Of a DNA stretch of 64,000 nt, positions 11,745 to 26,672 are shown in pieces. Source of the DNA: Psammoneis japonica (lineage: Eukaryota); the NCBI GenBank assembly GCA_008632985.1, contig QPGO01000052.1:310001-374000 (forward strand). Reading direction: 5' to 3'. Made by a program: the position numbers and the translations under genes. Every line of letters begins with the position of its first letter. The stretch's first letter is position 1. Under the pieces are notes generated by a model. It was given only the letters and a program-made list of their open reading frames with translations, ran no database searches and had not been told where the DNA came from.

Positions 11745-12704
11745 TGAAACGCAAAATTTGCGAATCGCAAATTAATTTATAAAAACAAATAGCTCGACTT
11801 TTTTCACGATGAAAGCACGTGCGAGGTCTCTGAGTGCTTCATTTTTCGCTTCAAATGAGCAAATGCTACTGTTTCGACAACCGAAGGTCTGTAAGTGACA
11901 TGAAATAACAAACCAATCAGATTATTATCATTATGAAGAGCTATATGACGTTTTTTTTTGTGAGGAAAGGCGGTGTAATCATCCAAAAAGGTCATTTTTT
12001 GTTGAAATCTTGCGATGCGTCGGCATGAGTTGCTGTCACGAGAAGGCAGTTTCCTTTGAAAATAAGGATTTCTTGTCATTTCTCGTGCATCATATCTTTT
12101 CTTAATCGAAGTAGAAAGAACGCCTGCACCTTGAATTGCACCAGAGGATGTTGGCCGCGTCGCAAAGACGATCTTGGAGGGTGACAAGGGTCGTTTCTCG
12201 ACTCGCCGCGCGATGATTGTGCGGGGATTCGGAATTTGTCGCAAATTTTTCGATTCGGTAGCTCATTCCTCAGGGCCAGGAAACTGATTTGATGGGATTG
12301 TTCACTTCCTGTGGGCAGACATTGGGTTGGCTGCCTCTGATTGTTTATGCTGTGCTGAATCAGCATGGAGTCAGCATGCATTGGCCTGGTCTACTAGCAG
12401 CAATCAGTGTCATGTGCGTGCTAGTACACTCCCCATCAGGGTCTCGTATTAAAAGGCTGTGCCTGTGGAGGCGGGGTGCTTAAGTGAAGCGGGAAAGTAT
12501 GATTTAGAGACGACTGGTGAAACAGTTGCCGAGGAAGAGGAGAGTAGCAGACACCCGTCTACGTGAAGCAACTCTTTGTCCAGTGTAACGGTGGGTAATC
12601 ACACCGCTGCGTTAAGGTTCGACCAATTGTCTTCGATGGTCAACGCCCAGCAATTTAATTTTCATTTAGCTGTCTACTTTTTCTTCTTGATAGAAATATT
12701 GCGT

Positions 12705-15086
12705 TCATGTGATGACCGTAGGAGCGCTTCTTCCAGTGAGCTTCTCCATTTGAACCAAATTTAGAGCTCTGTCGGCTAGTTGCTTTAGGGCGACGGGCGC
12801 AGCCTCGCCGTGCTTTGAAATATCCTTCTCAAACTTTTCTAAATACATTCGTATGGTCGCACCTGCCGAGCCTGTCCCACTTAGCCGGAACACAGCCCTA
12901 CAGGGGTCGCCATTGGGATACTCAAAGCTCAGAATCAAGCCTTGATTCGAAGTTTCTGACCCGTCGACGGGGTCAGTGTACCTGGACAATTCACAAGGCA
13001 AGGGAAAAAACATCTAAATGAGTACTCCATCGCTGTAGCAGAAACCCGTGTCGCATCAGTTTAAAATTACAGAACTTACGAAAATTCGACTGCATCAATG
13101 ACCTTGATGCCCGAACCATCATCTTTGACTGATTTAATGTCGCCGTTGACAAAGGAATCTCGAATGAGGTCCATCACCTTGTTGGCAGCTCCAGAGTCAA
13201 CGCCTCAAATAAGAAAGTCAAGAAGCAAAATGAGTTAGGTGAAAATTGGTGCTTGTCTGCAAAAACAAATTGTCATTGATCAGCTACGAGTATGATCTAC
13301 CTTCGTAGTCATATCGGCAATAGAAGTGACGTCCATATTTGCTCCAGTGCCTCGAAACTATCTCTTGAACCCCGATTAACGGCTCTCCCTCGGCCACACC
13401 CTCATTGGCATTCATAAGAATTGACATCCAGGCAAGAACCGCCCATAAGCCGTCCTTCTCTCGAATGTGGTCACTTCCAGTCCCAAACGACTCCTCACCA
13501 CAGAGGAACGGTGTGTAATCTCTCTTCCCAAAGAGCTCTTTCGAACTCATGAGGTTACCAAAGAACTTCCACCCAGTTGGAGTGCTGAAGCAAGGGATGT
13601 CTCTAGCTGCGGCAACTACATCGAGTGCAGCTGACGACGGCATGGAACGAGCAACGCCACGGGGACCACCAGCTTTGGAGAAGTGCGGAATGGCCTCCCA
13701 GTTATCGCATATCAGAGCCAAACTATCAGAAGGTGTTACAAAGCACCCAGCGCCTGCAATGAGATTCCTGTCGCCGTCTCCATCATTCGCTGCGCCCAGT
13801 GTTGGCAAAGACGATAGATCTGCATCAGAATTGGTGCTTCCGTCGGGGTTCAGACCCATTTTCTTCACCAAATCAGCGGCATACGTCAAATTTGGATCCG
13901 GGTGGCACTTCCCAAAGTCGACACGAGGATCACACCTCATAAGGGATTTCTTCACAATATTGACATGGGAGTCAACAGAATGAGATTTACTATGTTTCCA
14001 ACCTAAAGACTGACAAAATAGAGCACATGGACTCACCTCCGGCAAGCCCAGCTCTTCAATTAACACACGACGAGCAAATGGCCCACCTGCGCCGTGCATT
14101 CCGTCAAAGAGAATTGAAAAGTTTGGGCGCCGACAAAAGTTTCTGAGTGCGTCAAAGTCGAAACAGTTCTTGAGACAATTAATATACTCTTCAAACGGAT
14201 CGATCACCGAGACAGTAGAGGCGCTCGTCAAGGCAAAGGTGCTGCCCACATCGGAATCTAAGTCGACATGTACGCTGCCGTCAAGCGTCTTGAAAGAAGC
14301 TATTTTCAAGCTGCGTTCGTATAACTTTTGAAATCATCCAACGAGTTAGAAACGGAAAGACGAAAGATGATGCAAGTGAAAGATACCGGGTAGTCTAGTT
14401 TTTGCGTACCTTGTCAGTGAACTCTTCTCCGGCCGGCTGACCGAATGCTTCGTTGTACTTGATACCAAAGTCTTGGCCAGGCCCACCAGGGTTGTGACTT
14501 GCAGTCAGGACAATCCCCCCTTGACAAACACCGCCTTCTCGGGTGCGAATAACTGCTGAAACTGCTGGTGTCGACATGATACCACCCCTCGGTACCCATA
14601 TGTTGGAAACACCATTCGCTGCCAAGACACGGAAGATCCGTTGCATGGCCTCCAGATTGAAAAATCTACCATCTCCAGCAACCACCACTCTAAGTCATAT
14701 TCAACAACGATAGCGCAAAAGAGACTGTAAGAATACAAGCGATGTTCAATATCCCCTTCCAAAAAATTGTAAACGTACGTGTTCAGCATCTCGCCTCCGT
14801 TTGATGCAACGGCGGTGTCTATCAGACTTTGGATGAAGTTCTCGACGTAGTACTTGTTGGACTCCTCCTTTCCTTGCCACACTTCAACCTTTTTGCGTAG
14901 TCCCGACGTACCGGGTTTCATCCCTTCTATAGGTTTAGTAGGGATTTCGGACAACGTAGCAGCGCTGAGCCTGACACCTCGAAGGTCGTTGCTCATGGGC
15001 TTTGGGACGAAAGCATCAATGGAACTCGTTGGTGAGCAAGACAACAGCACGAACGCTGCAGCTGCGCAGAAGGAAGACAGTCTCAT
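12705..15086 (-). CDS. PGM: Phosphoglucomutase, probably plastid-targeted; multi-exon (~6 exons)
   Basis: GMKPGTSGLRKK, TASHNPGGP, DGDGDRN, GEESFGTGSDHIREKDG, FRLSGTGSAGATIRMY. Signal peptide plus DAFVP (ASAFAP-like). GT-AG introns, e.g. 14690-14778. Confidence 0.96.
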
Positions 15087-15651
15087 TTTCTACTCCACTG
15101 CATATACTCTACCATATGCTAAAGTCAACTGTTTACAGCTCGGCACCACTTTGAGTTGTGAAAGACAAGACACCGGCAGTAGGCTGAAAGTTCAAGTGTG
15201 TGATTGTGTGATGTTGTGCGTTGACATGACACGTTTGGATTGCAGATCAACGAATATCATCAACGCATATCATATTATCATCAACGCGCGCTTTATTCGC
15301 TTTCGCGCGAGGTCAGAGGGAACACAAAAAAAGTCACAGACGTTCAATAGACAATACCTATGCTGAACAAGCTACAATTTGGTGGTTGGATCATGCAGGC
15401 TCCTTTTCATTCCATCTAGTAAGGCAAAAGGAGGCACTGTTCGAGCTGCGCGCGCAAAGTCTGGAAGAATAGATCGACCAGCTGAAACAGCGGCATGGTA
15501 TGGTATTTCTATTGTGATTTGCGGTAGGAAAATTGGTCAGTTCATCATATGGCTCTGGTCCTTGGCTATGATCCAAAATGAAAGTCTCGGTTTGATTTGC
15601 ATGCGGCCACAAAACAACACTCGGCACAAGGCTGACTACCGTGTGGCGCTA

Positions 15652-17084
15652 TCAGCTTTGAGACGGGAATGCCCGTTCTACGTCAGGGGACACCACCACC
15701 GTCTTCTTCACATCGCCAAGCGGAACATAGGTCCCTTCCTCGGTGTCAATAGAAACTGCCTGCTGCACAAAGCCACAGGATAGACCTTCTGAAACATCCA
15801 TTCGAATCTGATGATAAACACGATATTGTAAGGAATGAGTCAGCGAGCACCAAAAAACATCAACGAGCTAACAAGAAGCCTCACCTCTGGAAATCCGTCC
15901 CTTCCACCCATTACTAACACAGCTTTACCACTCTTAAAGACAACGATTCTTCCCAATTTTCCAGCCTTTGCAGTATTCAAAGAGTCATCGTATGCCTTCA
16001 ACTCGGAAGCGAACGCGGATAAGGATGAAGCGGTCGGCGCGGCGGCAGGGGTGCTTGTTACAGGATCCACTATGATTGGCTGCTCTGCGCTGTTGGAATT
16101 GCTCGCTATGATATCCGGGGTTGGTGTCGCTGTCGTTTCAGATGCCAGGTTGCTGTCGTTGAATGCAAGGGATGGCAGTCGCGTTGGAAACTGCCACAAG
16201 GTCCATTCATCTTGTCGCGGCTGCGCCGTAAAGATTGAACCGCTAGACCTACTTGGTTTCTTCTGTAATTGTTGATCCTTGGCTTCGATTCCATTTCCTG
16301 CCATTTGGCAAGCATACATTGCCTGACCTTGCTTCGGTCCTCCTTGTATGGGAAAGGGTAGCTGCGTTGGTGGTGGCACATTTAAAGAAGAAACAGCTCG
16401 ACGACTTTGTTCGTGCGATTCTTCCAAACTAGAATCCGAGTCATATGTATCAATAATAGATAAGAGGGTTGAGGACATTTTGGGTGCATCCCGTTCCGCG
16501 TCAGAATTTGTTGCAGCACGTGTCGGCGAACCCGCTTCTTGCTGCACCTTTGAAGCAATTGCAGAGGCTGGTGCCTTGGAGCCAATGGCCACATCAAGCT
16601 CTCCGACAATGATTTCCACTTGACCTCGCTGTGCTCCTCCTTTTGATTTCATCGACACACCTGCTGATACGACTGTATCCGCAGTGGAGGCGCTCCTGGC
16701 CCCAGCACTCTGGCTCGCTTGTGCCTTTCTACTTGCTGCTTGCTTGGTTGTCGCCTGCTCAGGCTGATTTCCTGTGAAGTAAACTGCACCGCGCGGTAAA
16801 GAAACGGGAGGTCGTCTTCCACCTCGTCCCCTCCCTCTTGCGCTTCCAGATGCTTGTGCCTTTCCTCGGTTGCCTGTACCGCGACCACCACTGCCTCGTC
16901 TGCCTCCCCTACCTCGAGAAGGCCCTCGAGAAGGCCCTCGAGTCTCAGAAGACGCTGACGAAGTCGACGCGACATTTGATCCTGCAACAGCTGAAGCCTT
17001 CGATTCTGTAGTGACTCCTGCCTTGATCTTTTTCGGTGGTTTACGAGGCTTGAACTTGCCCGCTTGAGATGGAGGAGGCACCAT
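15652..17084 (-). CDS. POLR3D: RNA polymerase III subunit RPC4-like (2 exons)
   Basis: N-terminal KFKPRKP. C-terminal LWQFPTRLP...GKLGRIVVFKSGKAVLVMG, intron, then RMDVSEGLSCGFVQQAVSID...LGDVKKTVVVSPDVE. Confidence 0.85.
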
Positions 17085-20000
17085 GGTCGGTGTTACCGGT
17101 ATTTACACAGGCGCGCCTGGTGTTGGTTGCCCGTGTTCTGGGTTCTGTGTCAAACGCACAGGTGCACAGACGTAGATTGGACGCTTCGCTGCTGGTAGCT
17201 GCGCTGAACGGCTGTGTCCCTCGTTTTGTCCACAGCAGACACAAGTGCACGTGAACAAAGAGTGAAGATAGAACATTAAATGCCACAATCATTGACAATG
17301 TCATGTTTGTCAATCTTATGGAGAAGGACATCCACATTGCTCTTGGGCTTCATTTGGTGGATGTTCATCACCGGCAAACCAGCACAACTTGGTGACATCC
17401 ATGCAAGTGTCGCAAAATGTCTCGCTGGCATCATCTTCGTCGCACGCCTCTCTGATCAACTTGACGACGGTGCTTGCAGCCCACAAGTGGTCAGGTGCAA
17501 CAGATGGAGAGTGCACGGTGTCCATCATAATCAGCAGCAACACACTTTGTCTTGCACTTGCTGCCTTGTTTGTGCTTTGTCGCCCAGCTCTTGACAAGCT
17601 GTTGAAGCTGAGGATGTGGCTTGGCAGTGTTTTGCTTCATCCATTGTGGTCACATGAGCCCTGGCTGGCCAGCCATTTTCCTCCAGATCTTCGTCATTGT
17701 CAAAATTGAAGAACTCCAAGAATCAGTCAGAGGATGCAGATGAGACCCCCAGCTCCCAGCTTTGTGCAACAACGCAACAGCTGCGCACACAAGCTCCAGG
17801 GCAGGAGGACAGTTGAGAGCCTGGTCGTCAACAACTTTGACCACAGAGACAAATGGGTTCATTTGGTTCTGCCCAGAGTGACAACAAGAAAGGGACCTTG
17901 TCTCAGGAAGAAGCTTGACAGCAAGAAAACAAAGGGCGTGTCATTGGCAATGAATGAGCTCCTTTGTTGCTTCAGGCACACACAAAAGAGGGCTCTAAGA
18001 AGGCTCTCTGGCTGCTCCTGGTGCTGCAAATGACTGTGCAAGGCACTGCAACTAAAGACCACAATCAGCAAACATGTGTTTTCAACAATGTGGTGACAAC
18101 CTGGGTTCTCATCATGTGACAGTCCTTGTCAGGCACAAAAACAAAGGGGTTGAGTTGTTTTTGCACACAGCTCCTGGTTTGAAGGCAAGCGATCATTTGC
18201 ACAAAAAGCACAAGATCCAAAAATCATCTCTCAACAGAAAAGAAGTGACACATCATGTTTGCAGATGAAGGCAAACAATTGAAAGACAAAAGTGACAATC
18301 GTCAAAATGTTTAAAAACAGCGACCTTGAAGCAGAAAAATGGCAAGTCAATTGGCCAGGAGTCAATGGCATCTCAAACCAAAAATGACCAACCCAGTGCA
18401 AAATTGGCATGTTTTGTTTTTGTTGTCAGAGCAAATTTTATGAAGCCCCAAAGCCTTTGAATGTCATTGGGTGCCATTTTGCACACAAAGACCACTTGCA
18501 AATTTGGTCATGTTGAAAGTGGTCAACCCCAACCCCCTGACTTCATCTCACTCATCTGTCTCCAGTCTGGTTGGGGGATGCATCAGGGCAGGGGGAGACA
18601 CAGACAGATGGAAGTTTTGTTGCAATTGGTCCATCCATTGGCTGGCATTGGCTTGGTGCAACAGGTCCTTGATGGCAGACCTTGCTCACCAGGATCAGGA
18701 GGACCATCTGAAGAAGCCACAGTTGTCTCTTTGTTTCAAGTGCCATGCTGAACTTTCACATGATGAGCCATGCTGCAAAAATTTGGGCTTTTCCACAGAA
18801 AAAAAAGCCACCAACGCACACTCTCATGGCTGTCCATCTCATGGCTGTCAAAACAGCTCTGACAGCAAAAGAGCAGCTTTGTGCAGTGCCGCGGGGGAGG
18901 TGAGGGATGAGAGTGAATTCACACACCAGCAAAACTTTCTGGAGCATTGGAGAAAAGCTTGCAGCACCCAACTGGGACATTTCATTGTTGTTCCATTGCT
19001 TCACAGAAGGTGCTGCAGACTTTCCCTGCATCTGAAAGAGAGAGGGGCTGGGGTGGCAGAAGGTGCTTCTCTGCATGTGCAAATCTCCAGATGGTGCATT
19101 TGCTTGTGCTGCTGCTCTTGGTTGTGTGGACAAGCCAAAAAACTGTGAGAGCATGCTTGCTCCTTGTTTTCAAACCAAAACAGCACACACACAACAGCAC
19201 AGATGGGGTGTGTGCCCCTGTTCTTGCTCATTGGTTGTCATGGCTGTTGCAGCAATGAGCAGAGCTTGCTCCTCTCCCACAGCCCAAGATTGTGGCTGCT
19301 GCTGTGGCAATGAAGTGAACAATGGAGAGGACCTTGTGTGGTTTCTGCCAGCGGCACAGTGCTGGAGCCATTGGCAGTCATTGCAAGGCTGCAGCTGCCC
19401 TGTCAATGCCAGCCTCACACCCACCTCAGCATGCCAGAGCCCCTGCAGCAAAACAAAAACTCAGACACAATTTGCAGCCCTGTTGCACCTTTTCCCAGCA
19501 ACACCAGTGCTGAAACAAGAAAGAACAGTTGCACTCAGGAGAGGGCACAAAAGCAGCAGCACAAGACCTGGGAGAGAAAGTTGGCTTCCTGGGAACGGTC
19601 TTGCATTCCTTGCAAAAGACAGACTGGGCTTCACAGCTTTGGGCGCTGGAATGAAAAGAAAGAGTTTGCCACTTAGCATGGTGAGCTTGACATGCTGGCA
19701 ACAAAAAAAGGGATGTTTGAGCAGCACATGTTTGCCACAAGGTGTCAGTGTGCCAGTTGTTTTCACTGAAATTTGTTTGTCACAATGAAATGAGGGCACG
19801 CCATCAGCAGAAATTGTCAAATTGGTCTTGTGGGACCCAGCAAAACACTGTCTGAGAAGAGGGGCATCATCACAAGGAGGCACGCAGAAACACAGGTGGG
19901 GCTGAGGGTGAGCAGCTGATGTTGAACAAGCAGAAACCTTGTTGCACTTTCTCCCACAATGGCAAGATTGCTCTGATTGAAAACTTGACACTCACCTTGA

Positions 20001-22139
20001 AAACCCCCAGCTCACAGAGAGGCCAGAGCAGAAAGAGCAAGCAACACAAACAGGCAAGATGCTGGGGGCTCAGCAAGAGGAGTTGGTCTTGCAGCAAGAT
20101 GTCAGGAAGAAAGAAACAATCAGTGCACCCAATGGCTTGCTGATTTGATGATTGCTGTCAACCTTTCACTGTGACACCAACCCAAAGCCAAGCTCAGAGG
20201 ATGACTTGCAAAAAGCAACAATGCCAGAGCACACATGTTGAGCATGGCATGGCAAACATGAGCAACAATGTTGAAGGAGTGTCTTTCCACTGCTGTGCTC
20301 TGAGTTGAGCCATTGGGGACCAGCACAATGAGAGGCTGAGCAATCTTTTTGCAAATCTGTCTGTGATCACTCACCTTGGCCACAAAAAGGCCCCTGTAAG
20401 ACAAGCAGAGACATCACAGCAGCACTGCTTCCCAGGTCCATCACATTTGAATCCTTTGCAGCAATCTTGTGGACACAAAATGGTGCAAGGAGTTAGAGGC
20501 AAAAGTGCCAGTCATCTGAGGAACAGGGCTTGGTGTCTCGTTGGCTGCTGGCTGTGGCTGGGAGGGGTTGGTTCCACCCAAAACACAGCCACTCACCTTG
20601 TCTCTCAAACTTTTCATCTGCTGGTCATGTGTTTGCACTGCAGGGTGTGAGAGAGAGAACACAGTGGGTTGGTGTGACACTCATTGGCTGTTTTCCAGTC
20701 TTGCCCCCCCCATTTGGTGCTGCCAAGCTGAGCTGGCTCACCCCTCTGCAGGCCTCTTGTTTTCCTCTGTTGTTGGTGTGGGCTTCAATCAGCAGCAGCT
20801 GCTCCTGCATGGAGCAAATGTGTGGTGCCTTTGTCATTGAAATGCCAAACTGAGAAAAGCAGAAAAGAGCAGTTGTCAAAGAGCTTGCTGCTCAATGACT
20901 TGATTTTGCACTTTTTTGAATGTGGGAATGCAAAAACATTTGGAGCATTGGAAAATTTCATGATGTCTACAAAAACTCTGATGCAATGAACTGCAGCCAC
21001 ACAAATTTGTGTTTGCTGCACTGCAGATTGCACAGAACTTGAGAATGTGCAGCCACAAATCATTCAGCAGCATTCTGCATGCTTTCTGCCTGCAGCACAA
21101 AGATGTGCACATGCCTGCACTGTCCATCTGTCTGCTTCTGGCAACCATGCACAAAAACAATCACTTCAATTGTCCAGCTGCACAGGCAGCTCCTCTCCAC
21201 AAACTGTGTGGGCCATGCACCAGCAGGGTTTGTGCAGAATTTGACAATGACAGCATTCCATTTTAACAGTGACAACAAGTGGAAATGTGCATGGATTTCC
21301 AGCACAAATTTGATGGCAAGTCAAAGATGGAATCCATCCATCAACATGTCAGTTGCTGCAAGAAGAACAAGCACTCATCTTTCATCTCAACCAACTGGCG
21401 TGTGCTGCAACACACAGCATCAACAATGGCAATGTCAGAAGCAACTGATTCTTCAGCATTGCATCCACCAATGCAGGAGCACATCTCAAATGAAGAGACA
21501 TGCCACCATCACCTCAGCTGGGCCAAGTGCAGCAGCAATGAATCAGGAGAGTGTCAGCCTGCACATTTGCCACTGGCAAGCACAAGCAGACCAGCTTGAG
21601 GTGCAGCTGTGTTGAAATCAGCAGCCAACAGCAAGTGACATGTCCAAGCATCAGATCCTGCACCAGATCCTCCACCAAATCAAGAAAGCAGGAAAAGAAA
21701 AGCTTCCTCTGTTCAGCAGGTGCAGCGCTGTCTTTGTTGTGGTTTGAGCTGCAAAGATTTGCACCAAGAAAACCACAGGGCAAAACCCAAAACAAGGGGA
21801 GCACTGCACTGTGCCAGCTGAGGACAGGGTGCCACACTGGGAAGTGTCAAATGGCTGCAGCACTGGAGACAATCTCAGAGCAGCAGACTCCAATGCTGCT
21901 GCTGCAAAGCAAAAATGGAAGAGGGTCCAATCAGACAACAACTTGTTGGCACCAACCCTGAGTTTCCAACTTTGCAATGGTGGGTGAGGACTCAGCAAGG
22001 ATGAAACAAGAAACCCACAGTTTTTAGAAACTCATGCTGTCAGCATCATCAGCCATTGTCTCTCACTGTGGTTGGAGCAGATTGCAGTCATCACTGCTGA
22101 TGCTGAGTGCACCATGGCTCCAATGCCACTCTCAATTGC

Positions 22140-23130
22140 CACATGCTTCAATGTCAACAACCAATCACAGCCTGCATCAATGCTGCAAATCATGACACCA
22201 CCAGCCAGAACACCACCTGCCACAGCAATGCTGCCAGCCACAATGCCACCAAACACAATGCTGCAAACTGTGAGGCTGACAGCCACTCTGCCTGCAATGA
22301 TGTTCCAGTGCTGCCAACTGAAGTGCAGCCCATGTGAGCATGGTTGATCACAGAGCCACCAGCTGCAACATCAGCACCAGCCACCCACAAAGCTGCCAGC
22401 CACAATGCCACAAAACATGACTCCGCCAACTGCGAGGCTGCCTGCACTCACCAGCACACTGATGGTGGTGCCACCTGCAATGCTTTGATGCCACCAACCA
22501 AAACACAGCCTGTGCCAACACCGCCAACCACAGTGCCACCAGCCACAATGCCACAAAACATGACACCACCAGCTGCAAGAAGGCTGCCTGCACTTGCTGC
22601 AAATTGTGGCACCACCTGCCATGATGTTTTCCAATGCCACACCAGCCAAAATGAAGCCTGCGCCAATGCCGCTGGTCATGGCACCACACACACAGCACCA
22701 CCAACCACAATGCTGCTGAACACTTGACATGATGCCGCCAATCTCAAGGCTGCCTGCACTTGCTGCTGACCACACCCCACCAGCACTGATGCTCCAACAC
22801 TGCCAACTGAAACACAGATTGCACCAATGCCGCCGATGGTGGCGCCACAGATCACAGTGCCGCATGACAGAGACAGAGGGTCTGCCAGCACAATCTGACA
22901 TGCTGGGACATGATGACAACGTGGCACTGGTTGGAAAGGAACTGAGCAATGGATCTCAGGGAGATCTGCTCAGCTGTCCAGGTCTGGCCATCATCCACAG
23001 ATCCAGTGTGCCAACTCCGCCAACTGCAACGTTGCCAGCCATGACACTGCAAGCTGCAATGCTGCCAAATGCTGGACATGGCACCACTGGCTGCAAGGCC
23101 ATGCATGCTTGCTGCTGACCACAGCACCAC
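22140..23130. repeat. Degenerate low-complexity tandem repeats (ccagccacaatgccac.../ggctgcctgcact...)
   Basis: Motifs recur near 22233, 22396, 22539 and 22746. Confidence 0.7.
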
Positions 23131-26100
23131 CTGTGCCATCTGCATCAACATCAGTTTGGCAGAGTGTGGCAGCAGTGGCAAAACGAAACAACGGCACTGC
23201 AAAGGGTGCTTTTTTCCTCTGTCAGAAAGAGTTGGAGCCATTGCTTTCCTGCAACCAGGGGCTCCATGCTCTCAATCTGTCAAGCATGAGCCAAAATTGA
23301 AATGCGTGCATTGTGAGAATGGAGTGCAGGTGCCAGCAAAATCCAGGGGAGGGGCTTTTGTCCATTTTTCTAGATGTTCTCTTGCCTCTCTCTTTTGGTG
23401 GACACACTTTTCAGAGAAAAACGCAGCATGTGACACATTGGCATTTTTTTGGGAAAAGGTTTGTCAACAACACCTGGTGTTGGTTGTTGCTGCCACCACT
23501 GTTGTGCCTTGTTGCAGCCAACTGAATCATGGCATGTGAGTCATGTGTGCCGATGACTCACCTCAGTTGTGTCACAGACATGCACCCAGTGAACAGACAT
23601 TGGGACACCCAGACAGCAGAGGACATCCTCTGCTCACTTTGTTCTTTCCAACTGGCACCATGTCATCATCACTCTCCTGGCAAACACATTGGGTCCTTGT
23701 CTGCCAGGTTGTGAATGCCATCACACCATTTCTCTGTCATCGGTGAGTGCCCGTGTGAGCCGGAGTCTGTGCCACGGAGCCCCACTTTTGTCAAGAAAAC
23801 ACCCTGTCTCCATCTCACTGATTTTTCCCACCATCTGTGCCAACAGGACCATTGCAGAGCACATGCCAGCACTCCATTGAGCATTTCTCTAACCATGATC
23901 AAATTGCCACCCAAAGCTGTCAAGCTGAAAATGACAGAGCACATTGTCCTCAAATTTGAGCCCAGTGCCAAACACAAAGATGCCCACAGCACTCACCTGA
24001 AAACAGCATTCATTCTGATGCTGTTCTGGATCCATTGGTCATTCTGGACGTTGCACACACCCCAATCTTGATGAAGACGCAATCACAACCTTGTGATGCC
24101 AGCTCATTGAAGAGGTCATCTCATGCCCCAGGCATCAAGAACTGCAGCAAACCTTCTGAGCACGGCACCTGTCATTGATCAAGCTGCCCTCCAAGTTCAT
24201 GCCAAAGGATGACATGAGACCTGAATGAATCAACCAACACTTCTGAGAAAAATGACCAAAGCCATCAATGCTGTCCAAGACACTGTCTTGTTCATCAAGG
24301 TTGGTGCCTGCCATCTGCCTCCACATCCGCCCAGTGGAGGACAGGCTCAGGCATGAAAACTGGGACCATGTCAATGCTGCTCCCTCCAAGGCAGCCACCA
24401 TCAAGACCCCATCTGTTGACGCCAATCCACCTGCCAACAACACACCTGCAGGAACAGCTGAAAAATTTGTCAGGGCACTTGCCAGCACACCCCAGGCCCC
24501 AAACTCTGTGAAAAAGCCAAGTGCCAGCATTGATTGTGCCTTCAAGAAGATGCTGACAAGGGCAAAACTGCCTCCACATCCAAATCCAGAAGATCCACCC
24601 TTGTGTTCATGTTCAATCCCACTGTGGTTTGCCACCTGACATCAAAACCAGATCTGAAAATGCAAACAAAAAGGACTGGCCACTTGCTCAAGTGCCCCCC
24701 AGTGCCCCACAGCACTGGCCACATGCACCACATTGATGGCAGTGACAGCATCATTCTGACAGATGGTGTCCTGTGTGTGAACACCATTGAATGGGATGCA
24801 AAAGCTTTTGTGTGCCAATCCATTGTCTGCATGATGATGCGTCATTTCAAGGAATCCACTCATGGCAAACTGTGCTCACTGAAGTCACCATGGCCCATGG
24901 AGCACACATCCATCCACTGTGGTGCTTTGTCAAAGACCATGATGACTGGGGAATTTGCCACTTGCAATGAGATGACCAATGATCTGCCACTTTGCATGCT
25001 CACCCAGCTCAACCAAATAAAAACTGCAGTCTGCCAGTGCTTGAAGGAAAAAGAAACATTTCCTCTCCCACTCGAAGTTCCCAGACACAAGCACCCAACA
25101 ATGCTCTGCAGATGGACACTTGGCACTGAAGATGACCATCTTTGATTGCCAGCTGACATGGCAAAAACACCCTGTGAGATGATCAAATGCACCTGAAGAA
25201 GAACAACCTGATGCTCTTGAGCCACCATTTGGAATTCCAAGATTTTCCACAGCCAAACATGTTGTTGAGGAGGATGCAAATGCCACTTTGGACAATCCTG
25301 GCATCTCAGACATTGCTCAATGTCATTCACCTCCAATGAGTTGTGAGCAAGAAGGTGCACCCTTCCCTGCAGAACCAGAGAAGCAACTGCACAGTGCCAC
25401 AGTTTCACTCCACATGTGCTGACACATTTGCTGCTGTGATTGCATGCACTGTAAAATGCTGTCCCAGCAATTGGACCTGAGTGTGCATCTCCAGTGTCAA
25501 ACCAAAATCCCCTGGTGCAGCCACCCTCTTCTCCACACTCCACACCATGAGAAACAAGCTCATGCACTGGGCACATGCATCACATCTGTCAACAAGCACA
25601 AAGAATTTGCCATTGAAGACACCAAGAAAGCACTGTTGCAACAAGTCTTTCAGGAAGAAATTCAAACTTTTGAGACAACCTTTGCCCCTGAATGCCATCT
25701 GGGCTCCAGACAGCTGCAATGTGTGATGGATGAACACCAATGCTTTGCACCCGAGGCCAACTCACTGGATGAACACATGCCAGAGATCTCCCCAGTTGAG
25801 GCACACAAGACAGCATCTGTCATCTGCCCTGATGATGACTTCTTGGAAGCAGCAATCCCTGCTGATGTCTTCTGTGAACACCCCAATGCAATGTCATGCA
25901 AAGACATGGCTGACAAAGAAGCAGAGCTTGACCATTTTTTTCATCCACAACAGGGTCACAACAGCTCTCCACTTGGCTGGAATGGGAGGCAGGTGAACAT
26001 GAACAACTCAACCAGCTCAACACTCTCAGCATGTGTGTCCCCCCTCAACCTCATCCCAAAGGTGCCACCACAATGCAACCCCGCTGGCACTGTCAAATGA

Positions 26101-26317
26101 AGACAACCAGAGAATGGTGTTCAAGGCAATGTGGCAACAGATCCCAAAAAACAGCACCCATCCTCTGTGAACATGCCTCAATGTGCACTCATCCTGTGTG
26201 GAACAGGCAATGCAATGCATGCTGATCACCCTCAGCACTGGCATGTGCTGTTGGATCTGTGGCTGTGATGCACAAGACACTGCAAGCACCTGTTCCCCAC
26301 ATCCAAATCACCCAGGT

Positions 26318-26672
26318 TTTGTTGTGGCTGCATGCCATGAATGCCATCAGAAACTTTTTGGAAAGACTCCAGACCCAACCCGCATCCTGCCACTCCTCCA
26401 TGCTCTCCAAGGACACCCTGAAAGCAGCATGCTGTGGGAAAAGCACACCAGCTTGATGCTTGCTGATGCCAAGCTCAAGCGCCAGTGCATGTGCTCCATT
26501 GTCTGCAAGGGAACCAAAGTGCTGCTGCTTCAACAAGTTGGCAATTTTGCACTTGCAACCCCAAAGAAGACATTGCCATTGAGATCTGTGATCACATTGG
26601 AAAATGCCTCCAAATGGAGAATGAATCAACCCCACCATTCAAGCACCTTGGCCCATGCACCAGTTTTGATGG
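26318..26672 (+). pseudogene. Ty1/copia reverse transcriptase fragment, possibly preceded by a gag/zinc-knuckle remnant
   Basis: KLFGKTPDPTRILPLLHALQGHPESSMLWEKH...KGTKVLLLQQVGNFALA...EDIAIEICDHIGK.LQ..NESTPPFKHLG matches diatom copia RT (HALQGHPESG.LWE; LLRQVDDFA). Confidence 0.85.

Noticed and set aside
4650..11750. Classical RIP or CpG deamination alone as the cause of the skew
   Set aside because: C>T changes create TA or leave it unchanged. They cannot produce Tyr>Cys/His or TA depletion.
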